A stretch of 64,000 nucleotides of DNA from a bacterium (lineage in GTDB: Bacteria; Actinomycetota; Acidimicrobiia; Acidimicrobiales; CATQHL01). A model generated the notes under the pieces. That model was not told where the DNA came from. It saw only the letters and a program-made list of their open reading frames with translations, and made no database searches. Below are positions 1-8,824 of this stretch, one piece after another. The DNA lies in the NCBI GenBank assembly GCA_028824415.1, contig JAPPDX010000121.1:3327-67326 (forward strand), given 5' to 3'. Numbering within the stretch: position 1 is the first letter of the stretch; each line of letters opens with the position of its first letter. The position numbers and the translations under genes are program-made.

Positions 1-503
1 TACTGGAACTCCCACCACCACTGCTGGCCCACGACGGTGACCCGGAGATCGTCCTCGGCGGCCGACACCTCGTTCAGTTCGACGAGGGAGATGAGAGCGA
101 ACACCGAGATGACCGCCAGCAGGATCGTCGGGATGATGGTCCAGGCCAACTCCAGCCGGAGATTGCCGTGTACCTGTTCGGGATACTCGTCGTCCCCGTA
201 GAGATCGTCGCCGCCGGGGTCAGCGGCGGCCTCGCTCGCCGCCTTGCGGCGCACGCGGTAGCGCACGGCCAGGTAGATGACGGCGCCCTGCACCAGGAAG
301 AAGACGACGATGGCGACCCCGAGGACCGGGAAGAACAGGTCGTTGATCTCCCGCGCGTCCGGGCCGGCCTCGGTGAGGGTGTCCAGGGGGTGCTCGTCGG
401 CGCAGGCGGTCAGGGCCAGCGCCACGCCCAGTGCGATCAGCACCAGCCGGAGACGCCGCCAGAGAGGCCTACCGGAAGAGCCGGCGGCCCGCTCGCCAAT
501 CAT
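1..503 (-). CDS. ctaC: Cytochrome c oxidase subunit II, N-terminal part (gene continues beyond the left edge)
   Basis: Own translation of the minus strand from ATG 503: MIGERAAGSSGRPLWRRLRLVLIALGVALALTAC (lipobox-like) ... HGNLRLELAWTIIPTILL ... RVTVVGQQWWWEFQ. It has two TM helices and the QWxWxF motif of subunit II. The ATG overlaps the stop of ORF 500..1333 (ATGA). It is absent from the ORF track because it has no stop inside the window. Confidence 0.8.
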   Translation of the reverse strand, partial: MIGERAAGSSGRPLWRRLRLVLIALGVALALTACADEHPLDTLTEAGPDAREINDLFFPVLGVAIVVFFLVQGAVIYLAVRYRVRRKAASEAAADPGGDDLYGDDEYPEQVHGNLRLELAWTIIPTILLAVISVFALISLVELNEVSAAEDDLRVTVVGQQWWWEFQ

Positions 504-1333
504 TCGTCGCCCTCGTGGAGCTCGCCGCCCTCATCGGCGCCGTGCTCGCCCGCGTGGCCGTGATCGTAGGGTCCCGCCGCGGTGGCCACGATGCCGGCGG
601 CCACGACCGCCACGGCGGCGAAGGCCAGAACGGTTGTGATGACCGACTTGGCGATCCGGGGCCGCGCCGCGAAGAGCATCGCCACCAGCAGGATCACCGC
701 GGAAACCCCGGCGGCGATCCAGACGGCGCCGAACTCGCTCACGGCCAGCAGGACACGCGAGCCGCCCACCACCAGAATGGCCACACCGGCCGCGCCGAGC
801 ACGGGGATCTCGATGGGATACATGAGCCGGTTGCGTAGTGCCCGATTGGCAACCGCGTCGCCGGTGGCCCGATCCGCCCAGGCGGTGACCATCCACTCGA
901 ACGCCACCACGCCGGCCAGGATGAGCCCGATCACGAAGATGGCCGCATGGGTGACCAGCCCGATCACCACGACGGCCGCGGCGAAGGCCAGCAACGGCGG
1001 CCAGTAGGAGGGCTGCGTCGGCGCGGTGCTCGGCGGCGTCTCGCCGGTCGGGGCGAGCTCGCCCACGGACTCTGCGTCAGCGTCGCGGAACGCCACGAGC
1101 ATGCACCCCAGGCCGGTGCCCACCAGGGCGGCGAATACCAGCACGATGAATCCTGTGTGCTCGCCCACGCCGCCCTGCCATCCCAGGCTGACCACGCCCT
1201 TCCAAGCATCCCGGTCCACGACGCCCAGGTAGTCGGCGCCGCCGGGGTCGCCGGTGGCGACGCCGTAGATGATGGCTCCGACAGCGGCCAGGACGCCGAA
1301 ACCGAAGAAGAGCTTGAAGCCCGGAGTCAGCAC
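500..1333 (-). CDS. Polytopic membrane protein. The N-terminal ~150 aa resemble actinobacterial oxidase subunit IV (CtaF), followed by extra TM helices and a His/Asp/Glu-rich tail
   Basis: ORF track, 277 aa. KLFFGFGVLAAVGAIIYGV and SYWPPLLAFAAAVVVIGLV...AGVVAFEWM recall the CtaF helices. It lies between ctaE and ctaC. C-terminus is YDHGHAGEHGADEGGELHEGDE. Confidence 0.55.
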   Translation of the reverse strand: MLTPGFKLFFGFGVLAAVGAIIYGVATGDPGGADYLGVVDRDAWKGVVSLGWQGGVGEHTGFIVLVFAALVGTGLGCMLVAFRDADAESVGELAPTGETPPSTAPTQPSYWPPLLAFAAAVVVIGLVTHAAIFVIGLILAGVVAFEWMVTAWADRATGDAVANRALRNRLMYPIEIPVLGAAGVAILVVGGSRVLLAVSEFGAVWIAAGVSAVILLVAMLFAARPRIAKSVITTVLAFAAVAVVAAGIVATAAGPYDHGHAGEHGADEGGELHEGDE

Positions 1334-1391
1334 GCCGGCAACCTCGCTGCGGGAGCGGTCGGCAGGTCGGGCGAGCGGCGAGAGGGATCCA

Positions 1392-2003
1392 TCACTTCGT
1401 CACGAACAGTCCGACCCAGATGACCAGGTAGACGAACACCATCACGTGCCACAGCATGGCCGCGGCGGACATGCCGTCGAGGTGGACACTCGGTGCGGGC
1501 GCGGTCAGCGCCCGCACTGCCATCACGAACAGGTAGGCGAGTGCGACGACGACGAGGGCCAGATGGCTGCCAGAAATCGTGTAGATGAGTGGGGCCGCCA
1601 GGCTGCCGCCGTCGATGGCCAACTCCATCTGCCGATATTGGAAGGCGGTCTGGTTGATCACCGCCACCCCGAACATGGCCGTGACGACGAGAGCGATGAG
1701 CGTGTGGCGCCGGTCGTCCCGCTTGGTGGCGTGCACCACCCATTGCATGGTGACGACGCTCAGCAACAACGTCCAAGCCATCACCGTCGGCGCCGTCAAT
1801 TCGATCCGCGACCCGGCGGGAATCCACGAACCGCCGGGGTTCGCCCGCAGGAACTCGGCCCGCTCGGAGAAGTAGACGCCCAGCAGCCCGCCGAAGTACA
1901 TCATTACGGCGGCCGCAGCAAAACCCGTTCCCACCTGCAGGGTCCGGCGGCGCGGGGCGATCGCAGGCGTCACCACCTCGGTCGCCGCGGCTTGCCCGCT
2001 CAC
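1392..2003 (-). CDS. ctaE: Cytochrome c oxidase subunit III
   Basis: ORF track, 203 aa with five TM-like segments. The C-terminal AAAMLWHVMVFVYLVIWVGLFV matches the YWHFVDVVWLFLF region of subunit III. The start overlaps the upstream stop by 4 nt (2000-2003). Confidence 0.85.
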   Translation of the reverse strand: MSGQAAATEVVTPAIAPRRRTLQVGTGFAAAAVMMYFGGLLGVYFSERAEFLRANPGGSWIPAGSRIELTAPTVMAWTLLLSVVTMQWVVHATKRDDRRHTLIALVVTAMFGVAVINQTAFQYRQMELAIDGGSLAAPLIYTISGSHLALVVVALAYLFVMAVRALTAPAPSVHLDGMSAAAMLWHVMVFVYLVIWVGLFVTK

Positions 2004-3718
2004 GAGTCGCCCTTCTCGTCAGCGTCGGCCGCCGGTGTGTCCCAGAGCGGATGCGGCGAACGTACCGGGACCACCGGCTCAGCACCGAAGTTGTCCGGCG
2101 GCGGAGGGGAGGTTGCGAACCATTCCATCGTGTGCCCGCCCCACGGGTCGGGGACCGTCGAGGCTCCCCGAGCGAGGGCCGTGGCGCCGCGGAGCGCCAC
2201 GATGACGACGACCCCGAGACCCAGGAGGACTCCGATCACGCCGATGACGGCGAGCACAGCGACCGCCTCGGCGCCCGACGAGGCGAAGTGCGTGCTCGGG
2301 CGTTCGGGTTGCCCCAGGAATCCCGCGACAAGACCCATCAGGCCCACAAGAAGCCCGCCGGCTCCCACGATCGCCGCGACGCCGAAGCCGGCCGCGTGCG
2401 AGGCCCGGCGGCCGAAGATCTTGGGGCTCCAGTAGAAGAGCCCGGCCACGGCACCGAGCACCGCGGCCATCGCCACCAGGTCCAGGAGACCCGCGCCGGC
2501 CATCGTCCCCCGCAGATCGTCCAGGGGCGCGAGCGCCCGATCCAGGTCACTCTGCCAGGACTCGTTGTGCCGGGCAAAGCTCCGCAGGAACCCCACTGCT
2601 CCGCCCAGGACGCGGATGAAACCCACGATCGCGGCGAACACCAGAACGCCGAGCGCCGACATCGCCACCGCCAGGTACCCGCTGGGTCGAGGCAGCCGTC
2701 GGGCGGCGCGACCCAGATCGGCCCAGCCGCCCAGCAGTGCCACGACCACGAGGGCCACGACAATGCCGCTGGCGACGTACAGCGGGGTCGTCTGGGCCGT
2801 CGGGCTGAAGAAGCGCTGCAGGTCGGCACCGAAACTGAACACCCCGGCCAGACCGACGAGCGAGAGCATGAGGCCCCAGCGCCGCTGCTGCGGGGCACCG
2901 AAGGCCACCTGCAGGATCTCGCCCACGACACCGATCGCCGGGATGGCGAAGACGAACACCTGCGGCTGGTCGAAGACCCAGGAGACCTGCTCGTACAGGT
3001 TCTGCCCGGCGCCGTAGCGCACCGCGCCGGGACCGCGCAGGTCGACCCACATGATGACGAGGTTGGCGACCAGCACCGGCAGGCTCAGGAGCCAGACGCC
3101 GCCGGCCACGAGCATCGACCACGAGAACAGCGGCATGCGTTCGAGGCTCATACCGGCCGGCCGCTGCGTGCACATGGTGGTGAGCAGCACCGCCGTAGCG
3201 GCCAGCAGCGACAGGACCACCATCGCGAACGAGAGCAGGGAAAGCTCCACCGCGCGTTGCTCGCCACCGCCGACGAGGCCGCCGTCGATCGCCCAGGAGG
3301 CGACGAGGATGCCGGCTCCTGTGAGCCAGCCCCAGAACGCGGCCGCCGCCGCCCGGGGGAAGGCCACGCCCCGGGCGCCGATCTGCAGCGGGACCACGAG
3401 AGTGGCGAGGCCGATCCACAACGGCGCCACGAAGAGGAAGATCAGCCCGACCCGGTACAGCGTGAAGAACTGCCGGAACGACTCGATGCCTGCAAAGACC
3501 TCGAGTCCCGGCAGGTTGGCCCGCTCGATGTGCAAGAGCAGGCCGCACACGAGCACGAAGCCTCCGAGCAGCAGCGACGCCAGGATCCACATGCGCCCCA
3601 GCGTCTTGTGGTCGCCGCTGGACAGCAGTCCGGCAAGGCCTCCTGGGCTCGGCAGGCTCTCCGGCGTCGCCGGGGCGTGCTCGTCCGTGGCGGGAGCGTG
3701 GGTCTCGGTCGCGGTCAT
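2000..3718 (-). CDS. Heme-copper oxidase subunit I-like protein lacking the canonical His/Tyr metal ligands
   Basis: ORF track, 572 aa. It is collinear by eye with CtaD landmarks: DHKTLGRMWIL; FPRAAAAAFW vs FPRxNNxSFW; MPLFSWSML..LSLPVLV; LFYWSPKIFGR; GGHTMEW. The ligand motifs are replaced: TxHG becomes TLYR, WFFGHPEVY becomes WVFDQPQVF, WAHHMF becomes FGADLQRFF, and the HFHYV region becomes AGAGLLDLV. Confidence 0.8.
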   Translation of the reverse strand: MTATETHAPATDEHAPATPESLPSPGGLAGLLSSGDHKTLGRMWILASLLLGGFVLVCGLLLHIERANLPGLEVFAGIESFRQFFTLYRVGLIFLFVAPLWIGLATLVVPLQIGARGVAFPRAAAAAFWGWLTGAGILVASWAIDGGLVGGGEQRAVELSLLSFAMVVLSLLAATAVLLTTMCTQRPAGMSLERMPLFSWSMLVAGGVWLLSLPVLVANLVIMWVDLRGPGAVRYGAGQNLYEQVSWVFDQPQVFVFAIPAIGVVGEILQVAFGAPQQRRWGLMLSLVGLAGVFSFGADLQRFFSPTAQTTPLYVASGIVVALVVVALLGGWADLGRAARRLPRPSGYLAVAMSALGVLVFAAIVGFIRVLGGAVGFLRSFARHNESWQSDLDRALAPLDDLRGTMAGAGLLDLVAMAAVLGAVAGLFYWSPKIFGRRASHAAGFGVAAIVGAGGLLVGLMGLVAGFLGQPERPSTHFASSGAEAVAVLAVIGVIGVLLGLGVVVIVALRGATALARGASTVPDPWGGHTMEWFATSPPPPDNFGAEPVVPVRSPHPLWDTPAADADEKGDS

Positions 3719-3893
3719 ACGAATTCGGTAACGGGGTGCGGGTTGTCCGTTCGGTATGACCGCTCTACGAGACCCGCTCGGCAGGCGGTCACGGGGCCTG
3801 ATCCAGCCTGGAACTGTACCGCGCGACCGCGGACTGCCCGCACCGGAGAGGATCGGTGGGCTTTCCCGCCGCCCCCGGGCACCATCGGCGCCA

Positions 3894-4829
3894 TCAGACG
3901 AGCCGGTCCACGGCCATCGCCCCGAAGAGCAAGATCACGTAGGTGATGGACCAGTTGAACAGCCGCATCGCCACCTGCGGTGTCCCGTGGCGAAGCAACC
4001 GGATCGCCAGGGCGACGAAGATCACGCCGGTCACCACCGCCGTCGTCAAGTAGAGGACGCCCAGTTCGGCCACGAACCCGAACCCGATACTCGTCGCCCA
4101 TAGCACCACGGTGTAGGCGATGATGCGCAGCGCCACGGTGCGGATCGAGCGGACCGCCGGCAGCATCGGCACCCCAACCTGGGCGTAGTCGTCGCGATAG
4201 CGCACCGCCAACGCCCAGAAGTGAGGTGGCGTCCAGTAGAAGATCACCGCGAACAGCAGCAGCGGCGCCCAGTCCAGCCGGCCCACCACCGCCGCCCAGC
4301 CCACGAGCACGGGGACCGCTCCGGCGGCCCCGCCGATGACGATGTTGCGTTCGGACCGCCGCTTCAGCCAGAGGCTGTACACGAACACGTAGAACAGCGT
4401 GGCGCTCACCGCCAGGACGGCGCTGAGCAGGTTCACGATCAGCCAGAGCCAGACGAACGCCGCGACCTCCAGCGTGATGGCGAACACCAGAGCCCCGCGC
4501 GGGCTGATCTCGCCGGTGACCAGGGGTCGATCCCGGGTGCGCTCCATGACGCTGTCGATGTCGCGATCGATGACCATGTTGAGCGCATTCGCCCCGCCGG
4601 CGGCGAGGATGCCGCCGAGGACCACCGCGGCCATCAGCCACACCGGCGGCAGGCCTCGCTGCGCCACGATCATGGTGGGAACCGTCGTCACGAGCAGCAA
4701 CTCGATGATGCGCGGTTTGGTCAGCGCCACGTAGGACGCGATCGTGGCCCGAGTTGACGCGATCGTGGCCCGGGCTTTCGTCGCAGGCATCGGCGCAAGC
4801 GTACGAGACCGGCGTGTCCAATACTCCAA
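3894..4829 (-). CDS. ctaB: Protoheme IX farnesyltransferase (heme O synthase)
   Basis: ORF track, 311 aa, UbiA-type. Motifs YVALTKPRIIELLLVTTVPTM and NMVIDRDIDSVMERTRDRPLVTG. The start is uncertain; an internal Met 14 is possible. Confidence 0.9.
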   Translation of the reverse strand: MEYWTRRSRTLAPMPATKARATIASTRATIASYVALTKPRIIELLLVTTVPTMIVAQRGLPPVWLMAAVVLGGILAAGGANALNMVIDRDIDSVMERTRDRPLVTGEISPRGALVFAITLEVAAFVWLWLIVNLLSAVLAVSATLFYVFVYSLWLKRRSERNIVIGGAAGAVPVLVGWAAVVGRLDWAPLLLFAVIFYWTPPHFWALAVRYRDDYAQVGVPMLPAVRSIRTVALRIIAYTVVLWATSIGFGFVAELGVLYLTTAVVTGVIFVALAIRLLRHGTPQVAMRLFNWSITYVILLFGAMAVDRLV

Positions 4830-4886
4830 CCGCGGTCCGGTGCGGTGGCGGGGCCTCGGGTGGTCAACTCCCTAGGCTGACTGCCG

Positions 4887-5822
4887 ATGGCGTTCTGGCG
4901 GAACGGAATCAGCGCGGAGACCTACCGCCGCATCACGCTGCTGGCCCTCCTGGCTCTGATCTTCATCATCATCACCGGGGGCGCCGTACGCCTGACCGGC
5001 TCCGGACTGGGCTGCTCCGACTGGCCCACCTGCGAGGAGAACCAGTTCCTCCCCGACCTCGAGTACCACGCCTTGGTGGAGTCGGTGAACAGGGCAATCA
5101 CCGGCATCGTGTCGGTGGCGGTGGCGCTCGCCACCCTCGGCGCGCTGCTGCGTCGACCCCGGCGACGGGACCTGATCGCCCTGGCGCTCGGTCTGGTGGC
5201 GGGCGTGGCGGGACAGGTGGTCCTCGGCGGCCTGGTCGTGTGGTACCACCTCTCCCCCTGGTTGGTCATCGCCCACTTCCTGCTGTCGATGGTGCTGGTG
5301 GCCAATGCGGTCGTCCTGCACCACCGCGCCGGCCGGCCGGAGGGCGCCAGGACCCTCGACGGCGACCGGCCCGACGGCGGGACGGGTACCCGCACGGCCG
5401 GCAACCTGACGCGCCTACTGGTGGTGCTGGCCATCCTGGCGATCGTGAGCGGCACCGTGCTGACCGGAGCGGGTCCGCACGGCGGTGACGCCGATGTCGA
5501 ACGGCTCCAATACGACATCCCTTCCCTGGCCCGCCTGCACGGAGGAGCCATGGCGCTGTGCGCCGCGGTCGCACTGCTGCTCTGGGCCGGTGCCGAGCGC
5601 GGCTCATTCCGCCTGCGCCGCCAGGGAAGGCGTTCGGCGGTGCACGCCGGGGCGGCCCGGGCAGTGGTACTCGTGATCGGCGCGCAGGGTGCCATCGGCT
5701 ACCTGCAGTACTTCACCGGCGTACCGCCGCTGCTCGTGGGCATCCATATCGCCGGTGCAGCCGCCCTGTGGACCACCGTGCTGCGCCTCCACCTCGCCGT
5801 GCACGAGGTGCCCGCCCGGTAG
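4887..5822 (+). CDS. ctaA: Heme A synthase (COX15/CtaA family)
   Basis: ORF track, 311 aa. GGAVRLTGSGLGCSDWPTCEENQF and multiple TM segments with conserved His. It is divergent from ctaB across a 57-nt spacer. Confidence 0.9.
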   Translation: MAFWRNGISAETYRRITLLALLALIFIIITGGAVRLTGSGLGCSDWPTCEENQFLPDLEYHALVESVNRAITGIVSVAVALATLGALLRRPRRRDLIALALGLVAGVAGQVVLGGLVVWYHLSPWLVIAHFLLSMVLVANAVVLHHRAGRPEGARTLDGDRPDGGTGTRTAGNLTRLLVVLAILAIVSGTVLTGAGPHGGDADVERLQYDIPSLARLHGGAMALCAAVALLLWAGAERGSFRLRRQGRRSAVHAGAARAVVLVIGAQGAIGYLQYFTGVPPLLVGIHIAGAAALWTTVLRLHLAVHEVPAR

Positions 5823-5834
5823 GCTTCGTCGCCT

Positions 5835-5907
5835 GCCCCCATCGTCCAGCGGCCTAGGACGCCGCCCTTTCAAGGCGGTAACACGGGTTCGAATCCCGTT
5901 GGGGGTG
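5835..5907 (+). tRNA. tRNA-Glu (anticodon TTC)
   Basis: Hand-folded cloverleaf: acceptor GCCCCCA/TGGGGGT, D arm GTCC..GGAC, anticodon arm CCGCC-CTTTCAA-GGCGG, T arm ACGGG-TTCGAAT-CCCGT. Ends are +/-2 nt. Confidence 0.85.
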
Positions 5908-5980
5908 CCGCCGGGCCCTCTCGCCGCCCCGGGGCCTCGCGACGCTCGGGGGTCGGGGCGGGTAGGCTTCGAACTTCGCT

Positions 5981-6055
5981 GGTCCTGTAGTGCAGCTTGG
6001 AGTGCACGCCGCCCTGTCAAGGCGGAGGTCGCGGGTTCAAATCCCGTCAGGACCG
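5981..6055 (+). tRNA. tRNA-Asp (anticodon GTC)
   Basis: Acceptor GGTCCTG/CAGGACC, anticodon arm CCGCC-CTGTCAA-GGCGG, T arm GCGGG-TTCAAAT-CCCGT. Confidence 0.85.
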
Positions 6056-6059
6056 CCCC

Positions 6060-6132
6060 GGTCGGGTAGCTCAGTCGGCAGAGCGTCCGCCTGAAAAGCG
6101 GAAGGTCCCCGGATCGATGCCGGGCCCGACCA
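6060..6132 (+). tRNA. tRNA-Phe (anticodon GAA)
   Basis: Acceptor GGTCGGG/CCCGACC, D arm GCTC..GAGC, anticodon arm TCCGC-CTGAAAA-GCGGA, T arm CCCGG-ATCGATG-CCGGG. It starts 4 nt after tRNA-Asp. Confidence 0.85.
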
Positions 6133-6185
6133 CGCAGATCGTGCCCGCCGGTTGCTCCGGCCCCGGGGAGGTCTCAGCCGGGGGC

Positions 6186-6752
6186 TCAGGCCCCTGTCGA
6201 GGACTCGTAGGCGAAGCCCAGTTCAGGCGCTGTCACCAGGGCCCGGAAGTCCAACCCTTCGGCGGCCGCGGCCGTCTCGCAAGTGCCTCCTCTGTCGACG
6301 ACCGCCAGGATCATCTGCGGCTCAGCGCCGAGCGCGCGGACCACCCGTACCGCCTCAAGAGGCGACCGGCCCCTCGTGACGGTGTCCTCGACGATGAGCA
6401 CGCGATCCCCGGCCTCGAGCGCGCCAGCCAGGCGACCCTCCACCCCGTGGTCCTTCGCCTCCTTGCGAATACTGAAGGCGCGCAGCGACCGGCCCCGCGC
6501 CGCGGCGACTCCCGCAACACCGAACGCAATCGGGTCAGCTCCTGCTGCAAGCCCGCCGATGGCATCGATATCGGGCGACATCACCTCCAGGACAGCATCG
6601 GCGATCAGCAGGATCCCGTCCGCCCGGCACGCAGTCTGCTTGGCGTCACAGAACCAGGTGCTGCGCCTTCCCGACTTCAACACGAAGTCGCCCGTACGGA
6701 TCGAGTGATTCAACAGGTGCTGCTTCAAGAGATGAAGGGGCGAAGGCTCCAC
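6186..6752 (-). CDS. pyrE: Orotate phosphoribosyltransferase
   Basis: ORF track, 188 aa. FVLKSGRRSTWFCDAKQ and the PRPP-binding loop VLIVEDTVTRGRS are typical of type-I PRTases of the PyrE type. Confidence 0.8.
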   Translation of the reverse strand: MEPSPLHLLKQHLLNHSIRTGDFVLKSGRRSTWFCDAKQTACRADGILLIADAVLEVMSPDIDAIGGLAAGADPIAFGVAGVAAARGRSLRAFSIRKEAKDHGVEGRLAGALEAGDRVLIVEDTVTRGRSPLEAVRVVRALGAEPQMILAVVDRGGTCETAAAAEGLDFRALVTAPELGFAYESSTGA

Positions 6753-6869
6753 AATCTCAACCTAGCGTCTTGTCAACGAGAACAGCAGTTCAAGGATTGC
6801 GCACTATTGCTATGGCTTCTGGCCGCTACAAGAACCCGTAGACTGCGACGAATTCGAGTACAAGAGTGC

Positions 6870-6900
6870 TTGACTCGAATTGACCAAGCTCGATTAGACT
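6870..6900 (+). promoter_or_regulatory. Candidate sigma70-like promoter (TTGACT-N19-TAGACT) in an AT-richer spacer
   Basis: TTGACT at 6870-6875 and TAGACT at 6895-6900, upstream of the CDS at 6961. The 19-nt spacer is longer than optimal. This is motif spotting only. Confidence 0.2.
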
Positions 6901-6960
6901 TCACACGCAAGATTGGGTCAGTCGAATAGTAGCGAATTATCGCTGGAAGGAGCAGCTGGA

Positions 6961-7380
6961 ATGAGTCAGGGCGACGCAAACACTGAACGAAAGGCTCGAG
7001 AGGTCACTCCCGAGCACAAGGCGGCGATGATCCAAGGGCGCATGGAGGCTCGTGTCGTACGTCAATATCTCGAGGCGCTTGAGGGAGTCAGGAAGTCCGG
7101 CGGAAGGCGCCGGTCCAAGGAAACGCTGGAGAAAAAGCTGGCGTCCGTGGAACAAGAATTGGCCTCCGCAGACCCTGTGGGACGGCTGCATCTGATTCAG
7201 GAGCGAATCGATCTTCAGAGTCAAATTGAAGCCGCCGAGCAAAACGTCGACATCAACGAACTAGAGAGCGCCTTCGTCGACATAGCCGGCTCCTACAGCG
7301 AGCGCCGAGGCATCTCCCGCCAGGCGTGGCGAGAGGTCGGCGTCCCTCCAAAGGTGCTCCAGCGGGCGGGAATCCGCTGA
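6961..7380 (+). CDS. Hypothetical coiled-coil protein with a short basic C-terminal helix-turn-like segment
   Basis: In frame with ORF 6913..7380. I prefer ATG 6961 because GGAAGGAG (6945-6952) lies 8 nt upstream. The composition is charged and heptad-like (EKKLASVEQELASAD, IDLQSQIEAAEQN). The C-terminus is RRGISRQAWREVGVPPKVLQRAGIR. GC is visibly lower than in the neighbours. Confidence 0.6.
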   Translation: MSQGDANTERKAREVTPEHKAAMIQGRMEARVVRQYLEALEGVRKSGGRRRSKETLEKKLASVEQELASADPVGRLHLIQERIDLQSQIEAAEQNVDINELESAFVDIAGSYSERRGISRQAWREVGVPPKVLQRAGIR

Positions 7381-7411
7381 CGGGAGCGCTTCCGGAGCCG
7401 GAGCCGCTCCC

Positions 7412-8824
7412 TTACAGGAGCGGCTCCGGGGCAACCCCTCTCGCGTCGGGATGGCGGTCCACCAGTTCGTCCGCAGCCTCGACGAACGCCGCCACTTGGC
7501 GCTCGGCTCGTCCGGGTTCGACCGCTTCCTTCAGTACTGCTTCAATGCCTTCGGCCGTCAGCGGGAAGTCTCCGTCGTCGCCCAAAGCGGCCACAAGGTC
7601 GTACGCTCGGCCTGCTCGCTGAGCCGTGACCGCGGTCGCGCTGTGACGTTTCAGCACCTCATGGGCATGGGAGCGATCGGCTCCTGCATCGGTCGCGGCG
7701 ACGAGTAGCGCTGAACTCGCCAAGAGAGGCGCCCGACCGCGTAGCTCTTCTGCCGCCACGGCGGCAAATGGCTCCAGCTCTTGCATAACCGTGAGAAATG
7801 TCTCCAAGAGCCCGTCAATAGCGAAGAACGCGTCGGGCAAAACGATCCTTCGAACCACCGAGCAACTGACATCTCCCTCGTTCCACTGAACGCCCGCGAG
7901 GTCGGCGGCCATCGTGAGATGGCCTCGCAACACAGTGGCGAGGCCATCGATGCGTTCGCAGGAGCGGGCATTGGTCTTGTGAGGCATGGCGGACGATCCC
8001 ACTTGCTCTGGACCGAACCCTTCAGTAACGAGTTCCTGGCCGGCCATCAGGCGGATCGTCGTCGCCAGGTTGGCCGGGCCGGCAGCGATCCCGAAAAGGC
8101 ACGAGACGACGTCGAAGTCCAGCGATCGGGGATAGATCTGACCGACGACGCCGAGCGTGCGGGCGAACCCGAGCCGCGCTGCCAGCGCCGCTTCCAACGC
8201 GTCGACCTTCGAGGGGTCCCCGCCGAACAGCGCCAAGAGGTCGGCCTGCGTGCCGACAGGACCCTTCAGGCCCCGCAGCGGGTAGTCCTCGAGCCGCGCT
8301 TCGAGGCGCCCCGCCGCCGTGATCAACTCCTCCCCGGCGGCGGCGAAGCGGCGGCCGAAGGTCGTGACCTGAGCCGGCACGTTGTGCGTCCGCGCCACCA
8401 CCGGCACCGTGGCCAGCTCGCCGGCCCGCCGCGCCAGGACATCGACCGCGGCGATCGCCTTCGTCAACACCAGGCGCATCGCATCGCGAATCTGCGTCTG
8501 CTCGACGTTCTCGGTGACGTCACGGGAGGTGAGACCCCAATGAAGGTATTCGCACCCCGCCAGCGCGCAGAACTCCTCCAGCCGGGCCATCACGTCGTGA
8601 CGGAGCCGGCGCTCGCGGCGGGCGATGGAGGCCAGGTCGACCTCGTCGATGACGGCCCGGTAGGCCCCCGGCGCGCCCTCGGGAACCTCCAGCCCCAACT
8701 CGATCTGCCCCTCGAGGACCGCCACCCAGAATTCCCGTTCCCGGAGGACCTTGGCCGCCGGCGACCAGATTGCGCGCATCGCCTCGCCGGCGTAGCGCTC
8801 GGCCAGGAGGTTTGGGACGGTCAC
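7412..8824 (-). CDS. purB: Adenylosuccinate lyase
   Basis: The lyase-like sequence in ORF 7412..9187 begins at [25 protein letters not shown] 8824 overlaps the purA stop (GTGA, 8821-8824). [14 protein letters not shown] is the fumarate-lyase signature. Confidence 0.9.
   Translation of the reverse strand: MTVPNLLAERYAGEAMRAIWSPAAKVLREREFWVAVLEGQIELGLEVPEGAPGAYRAVIDEVDLASIARRERRLRHDVMARLEEFCALAGCEYLHWGLTSRDVTENVEQTQIRDAMRLVLTKAIAAVDVLARRAGELATVPVVARTHNVPAQVTTFGRRFAAAGEELITAAGRLEARLEDYPLRGLKGPVGTQADLLALFGGDPSKVDALEAALAARLGFARTLGVVGQIYPRSLDFDVVSCLFGIAAGPANLATTIRLMAGQELVTEGFGPEQVGSSAMPHKTNARSCERIDGLATVLRGHLTMAADLAGVQWNEGDVSCSVVRRIVLPDAFFAIDGLLETFLTVMQELEPFAAVAAEELRGRAPLLASSALLVAATDAGADRSHAHEVLKRHSATAVTAQRAGRAYDLVAALGDDGDFPLTAEGIEAVLKEAVEPGRAERQVAAFVEAADELVDRHPDARGVAPEPLL

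Noticed and set aside
5835-6132. tRNA clusters (also 60616-60854 and 62899-62972) as integration sites of genomic islands
   Set aside because: There are no integrase or recombinase genes, no duplicated tRNA 3' ends (att-like direct repeats) and no phage or conjugation genes nearby. The adjacent genes are housekeeping.
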